Assembly (NCBI GenBank): GCA_951406725.2
Contig: OX597840.1
Location: forward strand, 35,278,001-35,342,000
Length of the DNA: 64,000 nt
Direction of reading: 5' to 3'
DNA from: Octopus vulgaris
Lineage: Eukaryota
Position 1 is the stretch's first letter. Each line of letters starts with the position of its first letter. Under the pieces are notes generated by a model. It was not told where the DNA came from. It did no database searches and saw only the letters and a list, made by a program, of their open reading frames with translations. The translations under genes and the position numbers were made by a program. Shown one piece after another: positions 13,261 through 26,802 of this stretch.

Positions 13261-13600
13261 CCTTATGAGTCGGCATTATCCCGGAGTGGGGCCAGGGTAA
13301 CCGTTTCACCTTTTTTGTAAAATTTCATTTTATTAATTTTCCATGCGTTAATTGTCCCCGCATGTGTGTTTGTTCCCACATGTGTGTTTGTCCCCTCTGT
13401 GTTGGCCCCTTGTGGGCAATAAAAAATCACCTTATGAGTCGGCATTATCCCGGAGTGGGGCTGAGGTGACCATTTCACCTTCATTGTAAAATTTCATTTT
13501 ATTCATTTTCCATGTGTTAATTGTCCCCACATGTGTGTTTGTCCCCTCTGTGTTGGCCCCTTGTGGGCAATAAAAAAATCACCTTATGAGTCAGCATGAT
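13261..13600 (+). repeat. 150-170 bp tandem repeat, two copies plus a partial third
   Basis: ccttatgagtc(g/a)gcat recurs at ~13261, ~13429 and ~13582. Confidence 0.85.
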
Positions 13601-13944
13601 TTGAGAAGGTATCTTTTCTTTTTTAACTTCATGCATGTGTGCATATGTATCTGGAAGATCAATTCAATAATTAACTTAATTGTTAATTACATGGTAATTG
13701 TCGGGATAGGTGTGGTTGTGTGGTAAGAAGTTTGCTTGTCAATCGCTTGGTCTCAGGTTCAGTCCCACTGGGCGAGTATCTTCCACTATAATCTCCATGC
13801 TCTCACTTCAGGCTTTTGTTGTAAATGAATGCCTATTTGTATCAGTTTTCCTTCCTTCTGAAGTAGATATTTTTGCAGTCCTATGGTGGTTATTTTATAG
13901 TAGTTTTCCAGCTTTATAAGGCCTCTACCACCTTCTATACTCTT

Positions 13945-14335
13945 TTCTCTTTCTCTTTTTTCAGTCATTTGACTGCGGCCATGCTGGAGCACCGCCTTTA
14001 GTGGAGCAAATTGACCCCGGGACTTATTCTTTGTAAGCCCAGAACTTATTCTATCGGTCTCTTTTGTCGAACCGCTAAGTGACGGGGACGTAAACACACC
14101 AGCATCGGTTGTCAAGCAATGCTAGGGAGACAAACACAAACATACACATACATATATATACATATATACGACAGGCTTCTTTCAGTTTCCGTCTACCAAA
14201 TCCACTCACAAGGCATTGGTCGGCCTGGGGCTATAGCAGAAGACGCTTGCCCAAGATGCCATGCAGTGGGACTGAACCTGGAACCATGTGGTTGGTTAGC
14301 AAACTACTTACCACACAGCCACTCCTGAGCCTATA
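13945..14335 (-). mobile_element. SINE family C (tRNA head, CORE-like cttgggcaag, internal TA/TG tract), near full length
   Basis: Matches copies at 20617 and 37535. Confidence 0.9.
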
Positions 14336-14468
14336 CGTTGTATATATAGTCTTTTTGTGTCAGATTTTGGGTGATGCATCCTAGATCCTGTCATTATTTT
14401 TCTTGTTTTCCTATCTATTTTGGTCATTTCATTTAGCATCCAGTTAAGGATATTGTAGCTGTAACTTA

Positions 14469-14522
<54 letters not shown>

Positions 14523-14524
<2 letters not shown>

Positions 14525-14890
14525 TATGTTTGACTTTTGCTTTATATTTGTACAAGTTGGCTCCAAGTCTCACCCAGAGACCTCAAGAGACAACAGGTTG
14601 GAAGTTCATGTTGTTGTTATGCCTAGTGTGCCATATATTTGGTTTTGTACATAGTATTGTTCTAGAGAATGTTTAAGAAACCATAAGAAAATTATGTTTG
14701 TTTTAAAACTTGAGATTACACAGAAAGTATTTTGCGTAGGATATGGGCAGTTCCCATGAGCACTATCTTTTGAATTTCTGCCATTTTGGGGTTTCCCTGT
14801 ATCTGAGTTAGGTAGCAATCAGCCCCTTTTGCTATCATTCCCAGGACACCTATGACAACAGGTATTGTTTTAGTCTTCAGCTTCCACATT
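14523..14890 (-). mobile_element. R4/Dong 3' end embedded in (TAA)n
   Basis: Reverse complement of ~57545-57910; TTA repeats on both sides. Confidence 0.88.
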
Positions 14891-14905
14891 ATTCTTATTA
14901 TTCCA

Positions 14906-14973
<68 letters not shown>

Positions 14974-15026
14974 TATTATTATTATTATTATTATTATATT
15001 ATTATTATTATTATTATTATAGCTAT

Positions 15027-15235
15027 GGCAGCGAGCTGGCAGAAGTGTTAGCACGCAGGGTGAAATGCTTATCGGCATTTCGTCTGTCTTTACATTCTGA
15101 GTTCAAATTCCGCCGAGGGTCGACTTTGCCTTTCATCCTTTCGGGGTTGATAAGTCAAGTACCAGTTGCATACTGGGGTCGATCTAATCGACTAGCCCCC
15201 TCCCCCGAAACTTCGGGCCTTGTGCCTAGATTACA
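15027..15235 (+). mobile_element. SINE family A
   Basis: ggcagcgagctggcagaa..gagttcaaattcc..gcctttcatcctttcgggg. Confidence 0.88.
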
Positions 15236-15353
15236 AAAGAATATATCTCGCTTTCAGTGATGTAAACCACCCTCCCAACCTGTTTTTGTGCATTGTAACT
15301 AGTCCTTTGATATGGTCCTCCATTCCTTGGGCCCTTTTGGTCCATAAAAGAAA

Positions 15354-15394
<41 letters not shown>

Positions 15395-15589
15395 AGCATC
15401 AAAGCCACTGCCACCACCACCACCACCACCACTACCACCACTGAAAAACAAAGAGAATCATAACAAAAAGAATGCCCCCCCCCCCGCCCTCTCCCCCCGT
15501 CCTTCTCCTCCTTCCTCCTCCCCCCCTACTCCTCAACCTTTTCTTCCTGTAAAGCTCTCTGCTATTGATTCCTCAAGACATTCAATTCC

Positions 15590-15876
15590 TACCACAACCA
15601 CAACCACCACTTAAACAACCATTACAGCAACCACCACCACCACCACCATCATCATCACCACCACAACCACTACCACCACCACCACTACTATAACCACCAC
15701 CTACTGCTGTTGCAACTACGACGACGATGACGATGACCACCTCCACCACCACCACCACCACCAACAACAACACCAGAACTATCACCACCACCACCAACAC
15801 CAGAACTACCACCACCACCACCACCAACAACAACACCAGAACTACCACCACCACCAACAACAACAACACCAGAACT

Positions 15877-15907
<31 letters not shown>

Positions 15908-16110
15908 CCACCACCACCACCAACACCACTACCACCACCACTACCAGAACTACCACCACCACCACCACCACCACTACCAGAACTACCACCACCTACTGCT
16001 GTTGCAACCACAATGACGACGACGATGACCACCACCACCACCACCACTGTCAACAGCTCAACCAATGATGGCGGTGACGATGGCGGTGACCACCACCACC
16101 TCTGCCTCCG
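15590..16110. repeat. (CAC/CAA)n microsatellite
   Basis: Direct reading. Confidence 0.9.
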
Positions 16111-16329
16111 CCAACCTTTATAATCATTATCTGCATAACTGTATTAATGCTGTCATTAAGGACGTGAGATGTTGACAGCTGATGGGATTAATGGCCGAGG
16201 AGTAGGGGGAGGAGGAGGAGAGAGAGAGAGAGAGGAAGATGTGGGAGAGGAAGGAGAGAGGGAGAGAGATTGCATTAACTGTTTGAGGAGAGACAATAGT
16301 TTAATTGGTAAACGGAATTAGTGATGCTA

Positions 16330-16862
16330 TAACCACCACCACCACCACTACCACCACCACCATGACCACCACCACTGCTGGTACCGCAGCTTCCATCACC
16401 ACTACAGCCGCTGCTGCCACCACCACCACCACCACCACTACTACAACCAGCACCACTACAACCACCATCACAACCACCACCATGACCACCACCACTGCCA
16501 CAACCCAATACCATCAACATTACAACTGCTGCTATCAGAGTCACTACGCTACAACCTCCACAACCACCACCACCACCACCACTACCATCACCACTACAGC
16601 CAACACCACTCAAACGACTGTGGGCCACCAGTGTAACTATTACCACCACTACCATCATCACCATCTGCTGCTGCTACTACTACTGCTACTACTACTACCA
16701 CCACCCCCATCTCAACCTACTACTACTACTACTACCACAACCGCCACCACCACCACTACTACTACCACCACCACCACTACAACAACTACTACTACTACCA
16801 CCACCACTACCACCACAAACAACACCACCACTACTATACTACCACCACCACCACTATTACTA
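16330..16862. repeat. (CAC/CTA)n microsatellite
   Basis: Direct reading. Confidence 0.9.
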
Positions 16863-16999
16863 CTCAACCAGCACAGATCTGACAGATCTTAACCCAGCTC
16901 TTTTAGGTGGATGGGTGGAGCTGGAGTTGGGGGGTCACAAAAGCAACGAAGAAAACACTTGTGATTGATATTATGTATGGTTGTGTGGTTAACAAGCAT

Positions 17000-18180
17000 T
17001 TCTACTCTAGGCACAAGGCCCAGAATTTTTTGGCAGAGGGGGCTAGTCGATTAGATCAACCCTAGTACACAACTGGTACTTCCTTTATCGACCCTGAAAA
17101 GATGAAAGTCAACCTTGGCAGAATTTGAACTCAGAATGTAAAGATAGACGAAATACCTATTTCTTTACTACCCACAAGGGGCTAAACATAGAGAGGACAA
17201 ACAAGGACAGACAAACGGATTACGTCGATTACATCGACTCCAGTGCGAAACTGGTACTTTTATTTAATCAACCCCGAAAGGATGAAAGGCAAAGTCGACC
17301 TCGGCGGAATTTGAACTCAGAACGTAACGGCAGACGAAATACCTATTTATTTACTACCCACAAGGGGCTAAACACAGAGAGGACAAACAAGGACAGACAA
17401 AGGGATTAAGTCGATTATATCAACCCCAGTGTGTAACTGCTACTTATTTAATCGACCCGAAAGGATGAAAGGCAAAGACGACCTCGGCGGAATTTGAACT
17501 CAGAACATAACGGCAGATGAAATACCGCTAAGCATTTTGCCTGGCGTGCTAACAATTCTGCCAGCTCACCACCTTGTTTTGAATATAATTCTTTCTACTC
17601 TAGACACAAGGCATGACATTTTTGGGGAGGGGGTAAGTCGATTACATCAACCCCAGTATGCAACTGGTACTTATTTTATAGCCCCCGAGAGGATAAAAGG
17701 CAAAATCGACCTCAGTGGAATTTGAACTCAGAACGTAAAGCATTTTGTCTGGGGTGCTAACTATTCTTCTTTTTTTTTCTACTTTAGGTACAGACCCGAA
17801 ATTTTAGGTGGGAGTGGGGGGGCAGTCAATTAGATCGACCCCAGTACGAAACTGGTACTTAATTTATTGGCAGTGAGCTGGCAGAAACGTTAGCACGGCG
17901 GGCAAAACGCATAGCCGTATTTCGTCTGTCGTTACGTTGTGAGTTCAAATCCCGCCGAGGTCGACTTTGCCTTTCATCCTTTCGGGGTCGATTAAATAAG
18001 TACCAGTTACGCACTGGGGTCGATATAATCGACTTAATCCATTTGTCTGTCCTTGTTTGTCCCCTCTGTGTTTAGCCCCTTGTGGGAAATAAAGAAATAA
18101 GTACTTAATTTATTGACCCTGAAAGGATGAAAGCAAAGTCGACCTTGGTTGAATTTGAACTCAGAACATAAAGACAGACG
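17000..18180. mobile_element. Cluster of family A SINEs, tandem and nested
   Basis: Several minus-strand units plus a plus-strand copy at ~17869-18100 flanked by a 15-bp TSD. Confidence 0.9.
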
Positions 18181-18279
18181 ATAATTGCGGTTGGTTTGTT
18201 TACATCCGCAAAACTTAGTCGTTTGGCATAAGGGGCAAAACGAGTATCAAACTTTAAAACAAAAAAAAATATCAGTCCT

Positions 18280-18572
18280 TGTATGTGACCCCAGATCATT
18301 GTACAAGGGGTTTACTCTCATTTGACACAGCAGCTGCAGGCTGGAAGAGGGCTCGTGGCAGGCCCTGCACCAGATGGCTGGACGTGATTAAGGAAGATCT
18401 CAAAAAGCCTGACGTCACCTTGGAGGGTGCAGAGGGGCGGACACTGGGCCGCTGGCGATGGTGACCACTCTGCTGGACCTGGTTGGCTCTACACATGATG
18501 GCGCCCCTGGGACCACTAACCTGGGATGACCCCCAGCCCTACGAAGCAAGAGCACAAAGCAAGCAAGCAAGA
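18280..18572 (+). mobile_element. RTE-group LINE 3' fragment with (CAAG)n tail
   Basis: GWKRARGRPCTRWLDVIKEDL C-terminal motif. Confidence 0.75.
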
Positions 18573-18690
18573 AAAATGCAATAACCCTTCGAGGTGGGAC
18601 CCCAGTACGGTTGCAGTCCAATGACTGAAGCAAGTAGCAGGTAAAAGATTAACGGTTAAAGACTGACGATTAATGATTAAAAGAACTTAC

Positions 18691-18771
18691 CCACAGCAGA
18701 CATGGTGTTGTAGATGTAAGCTGCGATTTGCTGCTGTACCGCATTCAGCGTCCAGGTGCGGAGGACATTGC
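18691..18771 (-). CDS. Probable 81-nt internal coding exon of an unidentified host gene: (G)NVLRTWTLNAVQQQIAAYIYNTMSAV
   Basis: Pyrimidine tract plus ttgcAG acceptor, G|GTAAGT donor, length divisible by 3, open protein-like frame, unique sequence. Confidence 0.65.
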
Positions 18772-18884
18772 CTGCAAGGGGGAGGGAGTAGAAGTCAGGG
18801 GGGAAGAAGGAATGGTTGAGAGGAAAAAAAGATTTATAAAGGTAAAAAATGGGTGAGGGGTAAGGTTGAGTTGGATCACAAGAT

Positions 18885-19265
18885 AGAGGAGGAGGAAGAG
18901 GAAGATGAGGAGGAGGAAGAGGAAGATGAGGAGGAGGAAGAGGAAAATGAGGAGGAGGAAGAGGAAAATGAGGAGGTGGAGGAGGAAGAGGAGGAGGAGG
19001 AGGAAAAAGGAGGAGGAGGAAAATGGGGAGGAGGAGGAAGTGGAAGAAGAAGAGAAAGATGAGAAGGAAGACGAGGAGGAGAAAAATGAGGAGGAGGAAG
19101 ATGAGGAGGAGAAAGATGAGGAGGAGGAAGATGAGGAGGAGGAAGAAGAGGAGGAGAAAGAAGAGGAGGAGGAAGAAGAGGAGGAGAAAGATGAGGAGGA
19201 GGAAGAGGAGTAGGAGGAGATGAAAGAGGAAGAGGAAGAGGAAAAAGAGAAAAAGAAAAAAAGAA
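18885..19265. repeat. (GAG/GAA)n purine tract
   Basis: Direct reading. Confidence 0.95.
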
Positions 19266-19369
19266 AACATATTAGGTTAGGTTTAAGTTAACGAAGAAAG
19301 TAATTAATTAAGTTGAATAACTTAATCCTTTTATAATTATTTCTAGGTTTTAAATGAGTAAAACTGTGA

Positions 19370-19612
19370 AGGGATTGCCCCTAGAAAGTTCCCCTCCGAG
19401 GCACAAGTCCAGGTAAAGGGGTTTATGGAAGACCAGTGGTCACCCATGCATACCAGCTTGGCACCGGTGATGTTATAACTCTTTTCTACAGCTGAGTGAA
19501 CTGGAGCAACGTGAAATAAAGTGTCTTGCTCAAGAACACAATAAGCAGCCTGGTCCGGGAATTGAACTCACTATCTCGTGATTGTGAGCCTGACACTCTA
19601 ACCAATGGGACC
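19370..19612 (-). mobile_element. tRNA-derived SINE
   Basis: tggttagagtg and gagttcaattcc boxes; body similar to 12951-13120. Confidence 0.7.
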
Positions 19613-19769
19613 TATACATACATACATACATACATGCATACAAACATACATACAAACATACATACGTACGTGCATACATACATACATACATACACACACA
19701 CACATACATACATGCATACATACATACATACATGCATACACACATACACACATACATACATACATACAT

Positions 19770-19800
<31 letters not shown>

Positions 19801-19813
19801 TACATACATACAT

Positions 19814-19846
<33 letters not shown>

Positions 19847-20135
19847 TACATACATACAAACATACATACATACATACATACATACATACATACATACATA
19901 CATACATACATACATACATACATACATACATACATACATACATACATACATACATACATACATACATACATACATACAACATACATACATACATACATAC
20001 ATACATACATACATACACATACATACATACACACACACATACATACATACATACACACATACATGCATACATACATACATATATACATACAACATACATA
20101 CATACATACATACATACATACATACATACATACAC
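19613..20135. repeat. (CATA)n microsatellite
   Basis: Direct reading. Confidence 0.97.
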
Positions 20136-20252
20136 ACCCTGTTGTTGATGTTGAAATTCCAATGAAAGAGCATTGGATCGAGGTTAGAAACCAGCTCTAT
20201 TGGCAAGAAATCTTGAAATAAACTAAATAATGATATACATAAATACAAACAT

Positions 20253-20582
20253 AATCATCATCATCGTTGTTTAACATCCACTTTCCATGCTGGCATGGGT
20301 TGGACCGGTGAGCCAGAAGGTTGCACCAGGTTCCAATTTGATCTGGCAAAGTTTCTACAGCTGGATGCCCTTCTTAACACCAACCACTCTGAGAGTGTAA
20401 TGGGTGCTTTTATGTGCCACTGACGTGAAGGCCAGTCAGGCGATTCTGGCAGCGACCATGCTCCAACAATGTTTTTTTATGTGCTATCTGCACAGGAGTC
20501 AGTCTTGTGACTCTGGCAATGACCACGCTCAAATGTTGTTTTTCTCATGCATATGTGCCAGTAAGGCGGCATTGGCAACGAT
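20253..20582 (-). mobile_element. RTE 3' UTR fragment
   Basis: Matches the reverse complement of 40020-40365. Confidence 0.85.
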
Positions 20583-20616
20583 CAATGAACATACACAAAT
20601 AAAATACATGTGAACA

Positions 20617-21015
20617 TACAGGAGTGGCTGTGTGGTAAGTAGCTTGCTTCCCAACCACATGGTTCCGGGTTCAGTCCCACTGCATGGCACCTTGGGCAAG
20701 TGTCTTCTACTATAGCCTTGGGCTGACCAAAGCCTTGTGAGTGGATTTGGTAGACGGAAACTGAATGAAGCCCGTCGTATATATGTATATATATGTATAT
20801 GTGTGTGTGTGTTTGTGTGTATGTCTCCCCCTAACATCACTTGACAGATGATGCTGGTGTGTTCAGGTCCCCGTAACCTAGCGGTTCGGCAAAAGAGACC
20901 GATAGAATAAGTACTAGGCTTACAAAGAATAAGTTCTGGGGTCAATTTGGTCGACTGAATGCAGTGCTCCAGCATGGCCACAATCAAATGACTGGATCAA
21001 ATAAAAAAATTAAAG
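20617..21015 (+). mobile_element. SINE family C
   Basis: ggagtggctgtgtggtaag..ggttcagtccc..agcatggccacaatcaaatgactg. Confidence 0.9.
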
Positions 21016-22327
21016 AATATACATGTGAACATATACATATATACACAGAGACACATATATGCATATAGCTATTTAGATATACTAATACATACAAACGAAC
21101 ATACATACATACATACATATATACACACACGATGCATGCACTTACGTATTAAAAGAATATACAACTACAGGTTATATACACTCAAGTTGAAAGGATGTTG
21201 AAGATTTTTTCAACAACATTTATAAAAGACAGTGTGGAAATGTCACCAAGGGAACAACATAGCAACGACAGTCAAGTGTTCGTTGTTAAAACAGGAACTC
21301 AGAATTCTCTGGAGAAAAGACAGGCTTGAAATTTAATACGCAACAGCTTCATAGAGATATAGAATGCATGAACATTCAGAAAATATGAAGGAATATTTGT
21401 CGGATATGTCTATCAGAAAAATATCAGAGAAATCATTGATCTACACTGCTTGATTAGCTAGGATGAAGACGACAACAGTAACAGCAACAAATTTGAAGGA
21501 AAATTGATGAAATACATCTGTTTGAAAAATTTCAGTGAAATTTTTGATCTTATATATGGAGAAAAGGACATTGCTACATGGAGAAAGGACATTGCTACAT
21601 GGTTAAGAAGCTTGCTTTGTAATCACATAGTTTCAGGTTTGGTCCCACAGCATGGTATCTCAAGCAAGTGTCTTTTACAATAGTCTCAGTCAGACCAGTA
21701 CCTTGTGAGTGAATTTAGCAGATAGAAACTGTGTTGAAGCCTATTGTGTGTATATATATATATATATGTATATATATAAAATAAGAAAAACTGGATTTTA
21801 AAATTCATTTGTCTTCTTATTTTATGCAAATACCATGCCTAGCACCATCAATATGTTGGATCTATAATTTGCATTGGGTCATGAACCTATGTGTGTATGT
21901 GTATGTGTGTGTGTATATATATATATATACACACATATAGATACATACATATATGTATGTGTGTATATATATACATGTATGTAGGCATGTATACACACAT
22001 ATATAAATATATATACGCATACATATATACAAATATATATATACATACATATATACATACATATACACATATATATATATATACATATATATATACATAC
22101 ACACACACACACATTCTGTTGTGTCTGGGGAGAGTCATTCTCTTTTTGTGCCTTATTATTTAACACACACACAGGTGAAATTTCCACTTATTTCTTATTT
22201 TATTTTTCTAAAGTTTTCATTGCATCTTGTGATCTTTTCAATAGTAAAAAGAAATAAGGGGAGATTTTACCGGTGAGTGTGTCAAATTATAAGGCACTAA
22301 AAGAGAATCACTCTCCCAGACACCAGA

Positions 22328-22387
<60 letters not shown>

Positions 22388-22389
22388 TA

Positions 22390-22511
22390 TTTAGTTGAAC
22401 AAATCGACCCCAAGACTTATTTTTTGTAAGCCTGGTACTTATTCTATCCGTCTCTTTTGCCGAACTGTTAAATTAAGGGAACGTAAACAATTTAACATCA
22501 AAGAAACCCAT

Positions 22512-22547
<36 letters not shown>

Positions 22548-22712
22548 ATGGGTTTCTTTCAGTTTCCATCTACCAAATCCACTCACAAGGCTTTGGTCGG
22601 CCCGAGGCTATAGTAGAAGACACTTGCCCAAGGTGCCACGCAGTGGGACTGAACCCAGAACTATGTGGTTGGTAAGCAAGTTACTTACCACACGGCCACT
22701 GCTGCACCTATA
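22390..22712 (-). mobile_element. SINE family C with an internal inverted duplication
   Basis: Family match; palindrome at ~22500-22559. Confidence 0.85.
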
Positions 22713-22716
22713 TCCT

Positions 22717-23520
22717 CCTCATCATCATCATCATCATCATTTAACGTCTGTTTTCCATGCTAGCATGGGTTGGATGGTTTGACCGGGGGTCTGGGAAGCC
22801 AGGAGGCTGCACCAGGCTCCAGTCTGATCTGGTAGGGTTTCTACAGGCGGATGCCCTTCCCAACGCCAACCATTTTGTGAGTGTAGTGGGTGCTTTTTAG
22901 GTACCACCTGCACAGAGGCCACAATCGGTTGGTGCTTTTTACATGCCACCAGCACAGGTATCACAACTACAATTTCCATTTGATTTTATTTTGATGTACT
23001 TGACTCAATAGGTCTCCTTTAGCACAGCAGGTTGCCCTATGATCCCAGGTAAGCACAGCAGGTCGTCCTACGATCCAAGGTACTTTGAATGGGCTGGGGC
23101 TGGTTATGTGAAGCTGGACAGGTTTCTTTCAGTTTCCATCTACCAAATCCACTCAGAAGGCTTTGGTCAGCTTGAGGCTATAGTAGAAAACACTTGCCCA
23201 AGGTGCCATGCAGTGGGACCGAACCCGGAACCATGTGGTTGGTAAGCAAGCTACTTACCACACAGTCATGTCTGCGCCTATACATACATACATACATATA
23301 TATATATATATATTATTATCATCATCATCGTTTAACGTCCATTTTCCATGCCGGCATGGGTTGGATGGTTTGACTGGGGTCTGGAAAGCCAGGAGGCTGC
23401 ACCAGGCTCCAGTCTGATCTGGTAAAGTTTCTACAGCTGGATGTCCTTCCTAATGCCAACCATTCCATGAGTGTAGTGGGTGCTTTTTACATGCCACTGG
23501 CATGGGAGCCAGACAGGCGA
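22717..23520 (-). mobile_element. Cluster of two RTE 3' ends and a family C SINE head
   Basis: catcatcgtttaacgtc-type tails at ~22740 and ~23330; SINE at 23120-23280. Confidence 0.85.
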
Positions 23521-24197
23521 GATAGATAGATAGTTTGACTGATAGATAGAGGCATATAGATATATGTGTGTGTGTATGTGCTTGTGTGTGTCTGTTTTAG
23601 ACGCAGCAAATGATTTTAGTTCAATGGAGGTAATTGATTGGTTAAAATTGCCAAAATGCTCAGATTTTCAGACGAAATATCTTACAAACTATAGAATTTT
23701 CTCAATAAAACCAAGAGAAAATGATGTTTTATAAACACATTATAAACACACGTAACAATTAAATTAATTTAACAATTAAGAAGAAAAAAGTTAGGGTTAG
23801 GTTGAGGGTTAGTGACAGGATGTTGTCTCACTATAATTGGCAACCGTTGTTGGTTTGTTTACATCCCTGTAACCTAACAGTTTGGCCAAAAAGACCAACA
23901 AAATAAGCAGCGGACTTCAAAAGAAAAACAACAACTGGGGTTGATTTGTTGAGTTAAAAGCCCTGGAAGGCAGTGCTCCAGCTTGGCCAAAGTGTAATGA
24001 GTTAAACGAGTAAAAGATAAAAGAAGATTGAAGACAAAAGACAGATGGCCAACATGAGGGTGATTTAGGGATAAATATCAATGATGAGAACAGCAAAACA
24101 ATATTAGGTGAACCCAAGTGAATGACTGTTATTTAGAGTTTATTGACCCAGGGAGGTTGAAAGACAAAGTCGATTTTAAGAAGATAAGATGGCATAT

Positions 24198-24730
24198 TAG
24201 GATGATGAGGATGATGGTGATGACAATGATAATGATGATGATGGTGGTGGTGGTGACAATGGTGATGATGATAATGATGATGATGATGATGATGATGATG
24301 GTGATGTCAATGAGGAGGAGGAGGACAAGGAAAACAATGATAATGACAACAACGATAATAATGATGGTGACAATGATGACGAAGAAAACGATGATGATAA
24401 TGATGATGATAATGATGATGAGGATGATGGTGATGACAAAGATGATGATGATGATGGTGGTGATGATGATGGTGGTAGTGATGGTGGTGATGATGATGAT
24501 GATGATGATGACAATGATGATGATGATGATGCTGATGACAAAGATGATGATGATGATGGTGGTGATGATGATGGTGGTAGTGATGGTGGTGATGATGATG
24601 ATGATGATAATGATGATGATGATGATGCTGATGACAAAATGATGATGATGATGGTGGTGATGATGATGGTGGTAGTGATGGTGGTGATGATGATGATGAT
24701 GATGATAATGATGATAATGATGATGACAAA

Positions 24731-24777
<47 letters not shown>

Positions 24778-25065
24778 CAATGATGATGATGATGATGCTG
24801 ATGACGATGTTGATGGTGAAGATAAAGATGATGATGATGATGGTGATGACAATGAGGAGGAGAACAAGGAAAACAATGATAATGATGATGATGGTGGTGG
24901 TGGTGGTGATAATGATGATGATGATGATGATGGTGAAGATAAAGGTGATGATGGTGACAATGAGGAGGAGGAGGACAAGGAAAATAATGATAATGATGAT
25001 GACTGATGATGATGATGATGATGATGAAGATAATATTGATAATAGTGATAATGATAATGATGGTG
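24198..25065. repeat. (GAT)n microsatellite with longer internal duplications
   Basis: Direct reading. Confidence 0.95.
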
Positions 25066-25377
25066 AAGATAACTGTGTTGGTTCTGATTAAGGTGGTAAC
25101 GATGTTGGCGATGATGATGGAACACAAGACGACTGCAGCATCTGCAACAACAACCACAACAAGAACAACAAGAACAACAGCAACTACAACGACGGTTTGC
25201 CTATATTCCACAGTGAGTAAATGTTACTGTTTTCTGCGATTGACGGATTTGACTGAAATGTCAAGATAAACCTCTCGACACAAATACAAGAAACACACGC
25301 AAAACATACACACACACACATACATATACGTACATACAGACACACAATGTACATCATCATCACATGTCTGTATGTAT

Positions 25378-25444
<67 letters not shown>

Positions 25445-25667
25445 TATATATGTATTTATGTATGTATGTATCTATTTATATATTATATGTAAGGAGAGAA
25501 ACAAGGAGAGAAAAAAAATGTGTGTAGTGGCTAATGATCTATGTATATACATATACTATATATAAACATATATATGCATATACACGCATATGCATACATA
25601 TACATACATAACATTATATATATATATGTATATATATATGTATATATATATATATATATATATGTAA

Positions 25668-25723
<56 letters not shown>

Positions 25724-26077
25724 ATATACATATATATATATACATAGCATACATACATAATATACACACACACATATATATATATGCATACAAACATGCA
25801 TACATATATACATATATACACACACACACAAATATACACATATATATCCATATACACATACATATACCCACCACACGCACATACACACACAGATATATAC
25901 ATATATATATACATATACACACACATACACCCACCACACACACACGTATACATATATATATATATATAGCCTGCGTGTTGGTGTATAAAATCTATATCGC
26001 TACTTAGGTATTTCTATACATCTAATTATATTCATGCAAAATAAAGTTAATCATGTGTGTGTGTGTGTGTGTGTGCA

Positions 26078-26113
<36 letters not shown>

Positions 26114-26239
26114 TGTGTGTGCATGTGTGTGTGTGTGTGTGAATGTCCGTCGTAGTCTCCTGTACTTTTTGCTGAGTGGATGGTGAATATGTCTCAAGTA
26201 GCAACAAAAATACCATTGTTATTTAGGACACTTTCAGCA

Positions 26240-26780
26240 TTGAACAGACAGACAGGAAGGCAGGCAGGCAGACATGCAGGCTGATAGACGGACGGACAGA
26301 CGGACAGATGGACAGGTGGATTGAGAGACAAGCAGACAGACAGACAGACAGGGAGGCAGATAGGCTGATAGGCAGAGAGAGACATACGGAAAGACCGACA
26401 GATAGACAGACAGACGGATGGATAGACAGATAGATAGACAGATAGATCGACAGACGGATAGACAGACAGATAGAAAGATAGACAGACAGACGGATAGACA
26501 GACAGATAGAAAGATAGACAGACAGACGGATAGACAGACAGATAGAAAGATAGACAGACAGACGGATAGACAGACAGATAGAAAGATAGATAGACAGACG
26601 GATAGACAGACAGATAGAAAGATAGATAGACAGACGGATAGACAGAGAGACAGACAGATAGACAGATAGATAGACAGGCCGATAGACGGAGAGACAGACA
26701 GACTAACAGACAGACTGACTGATATACATATAGAGAGACTGCTAGAAAGACAGACAGACAGACAGACGATTAGGCAGGCA
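26240..26780. repeat. (GACA/GATA)n with a 36-bp higher-order unit
   Basis: agacagacggatagacagacagatagaaagatagac repeated about 5-6 times. Confidence 0.9.
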
Positions 26781-26802
26781 GATCAATACATAGGCTGATA
26801 TA

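Noticed and set aside
21170-21560. Old LINE RT fragment
   Set aside because: Only a faint KTGLKFN-like motif; too decayed to support a call.
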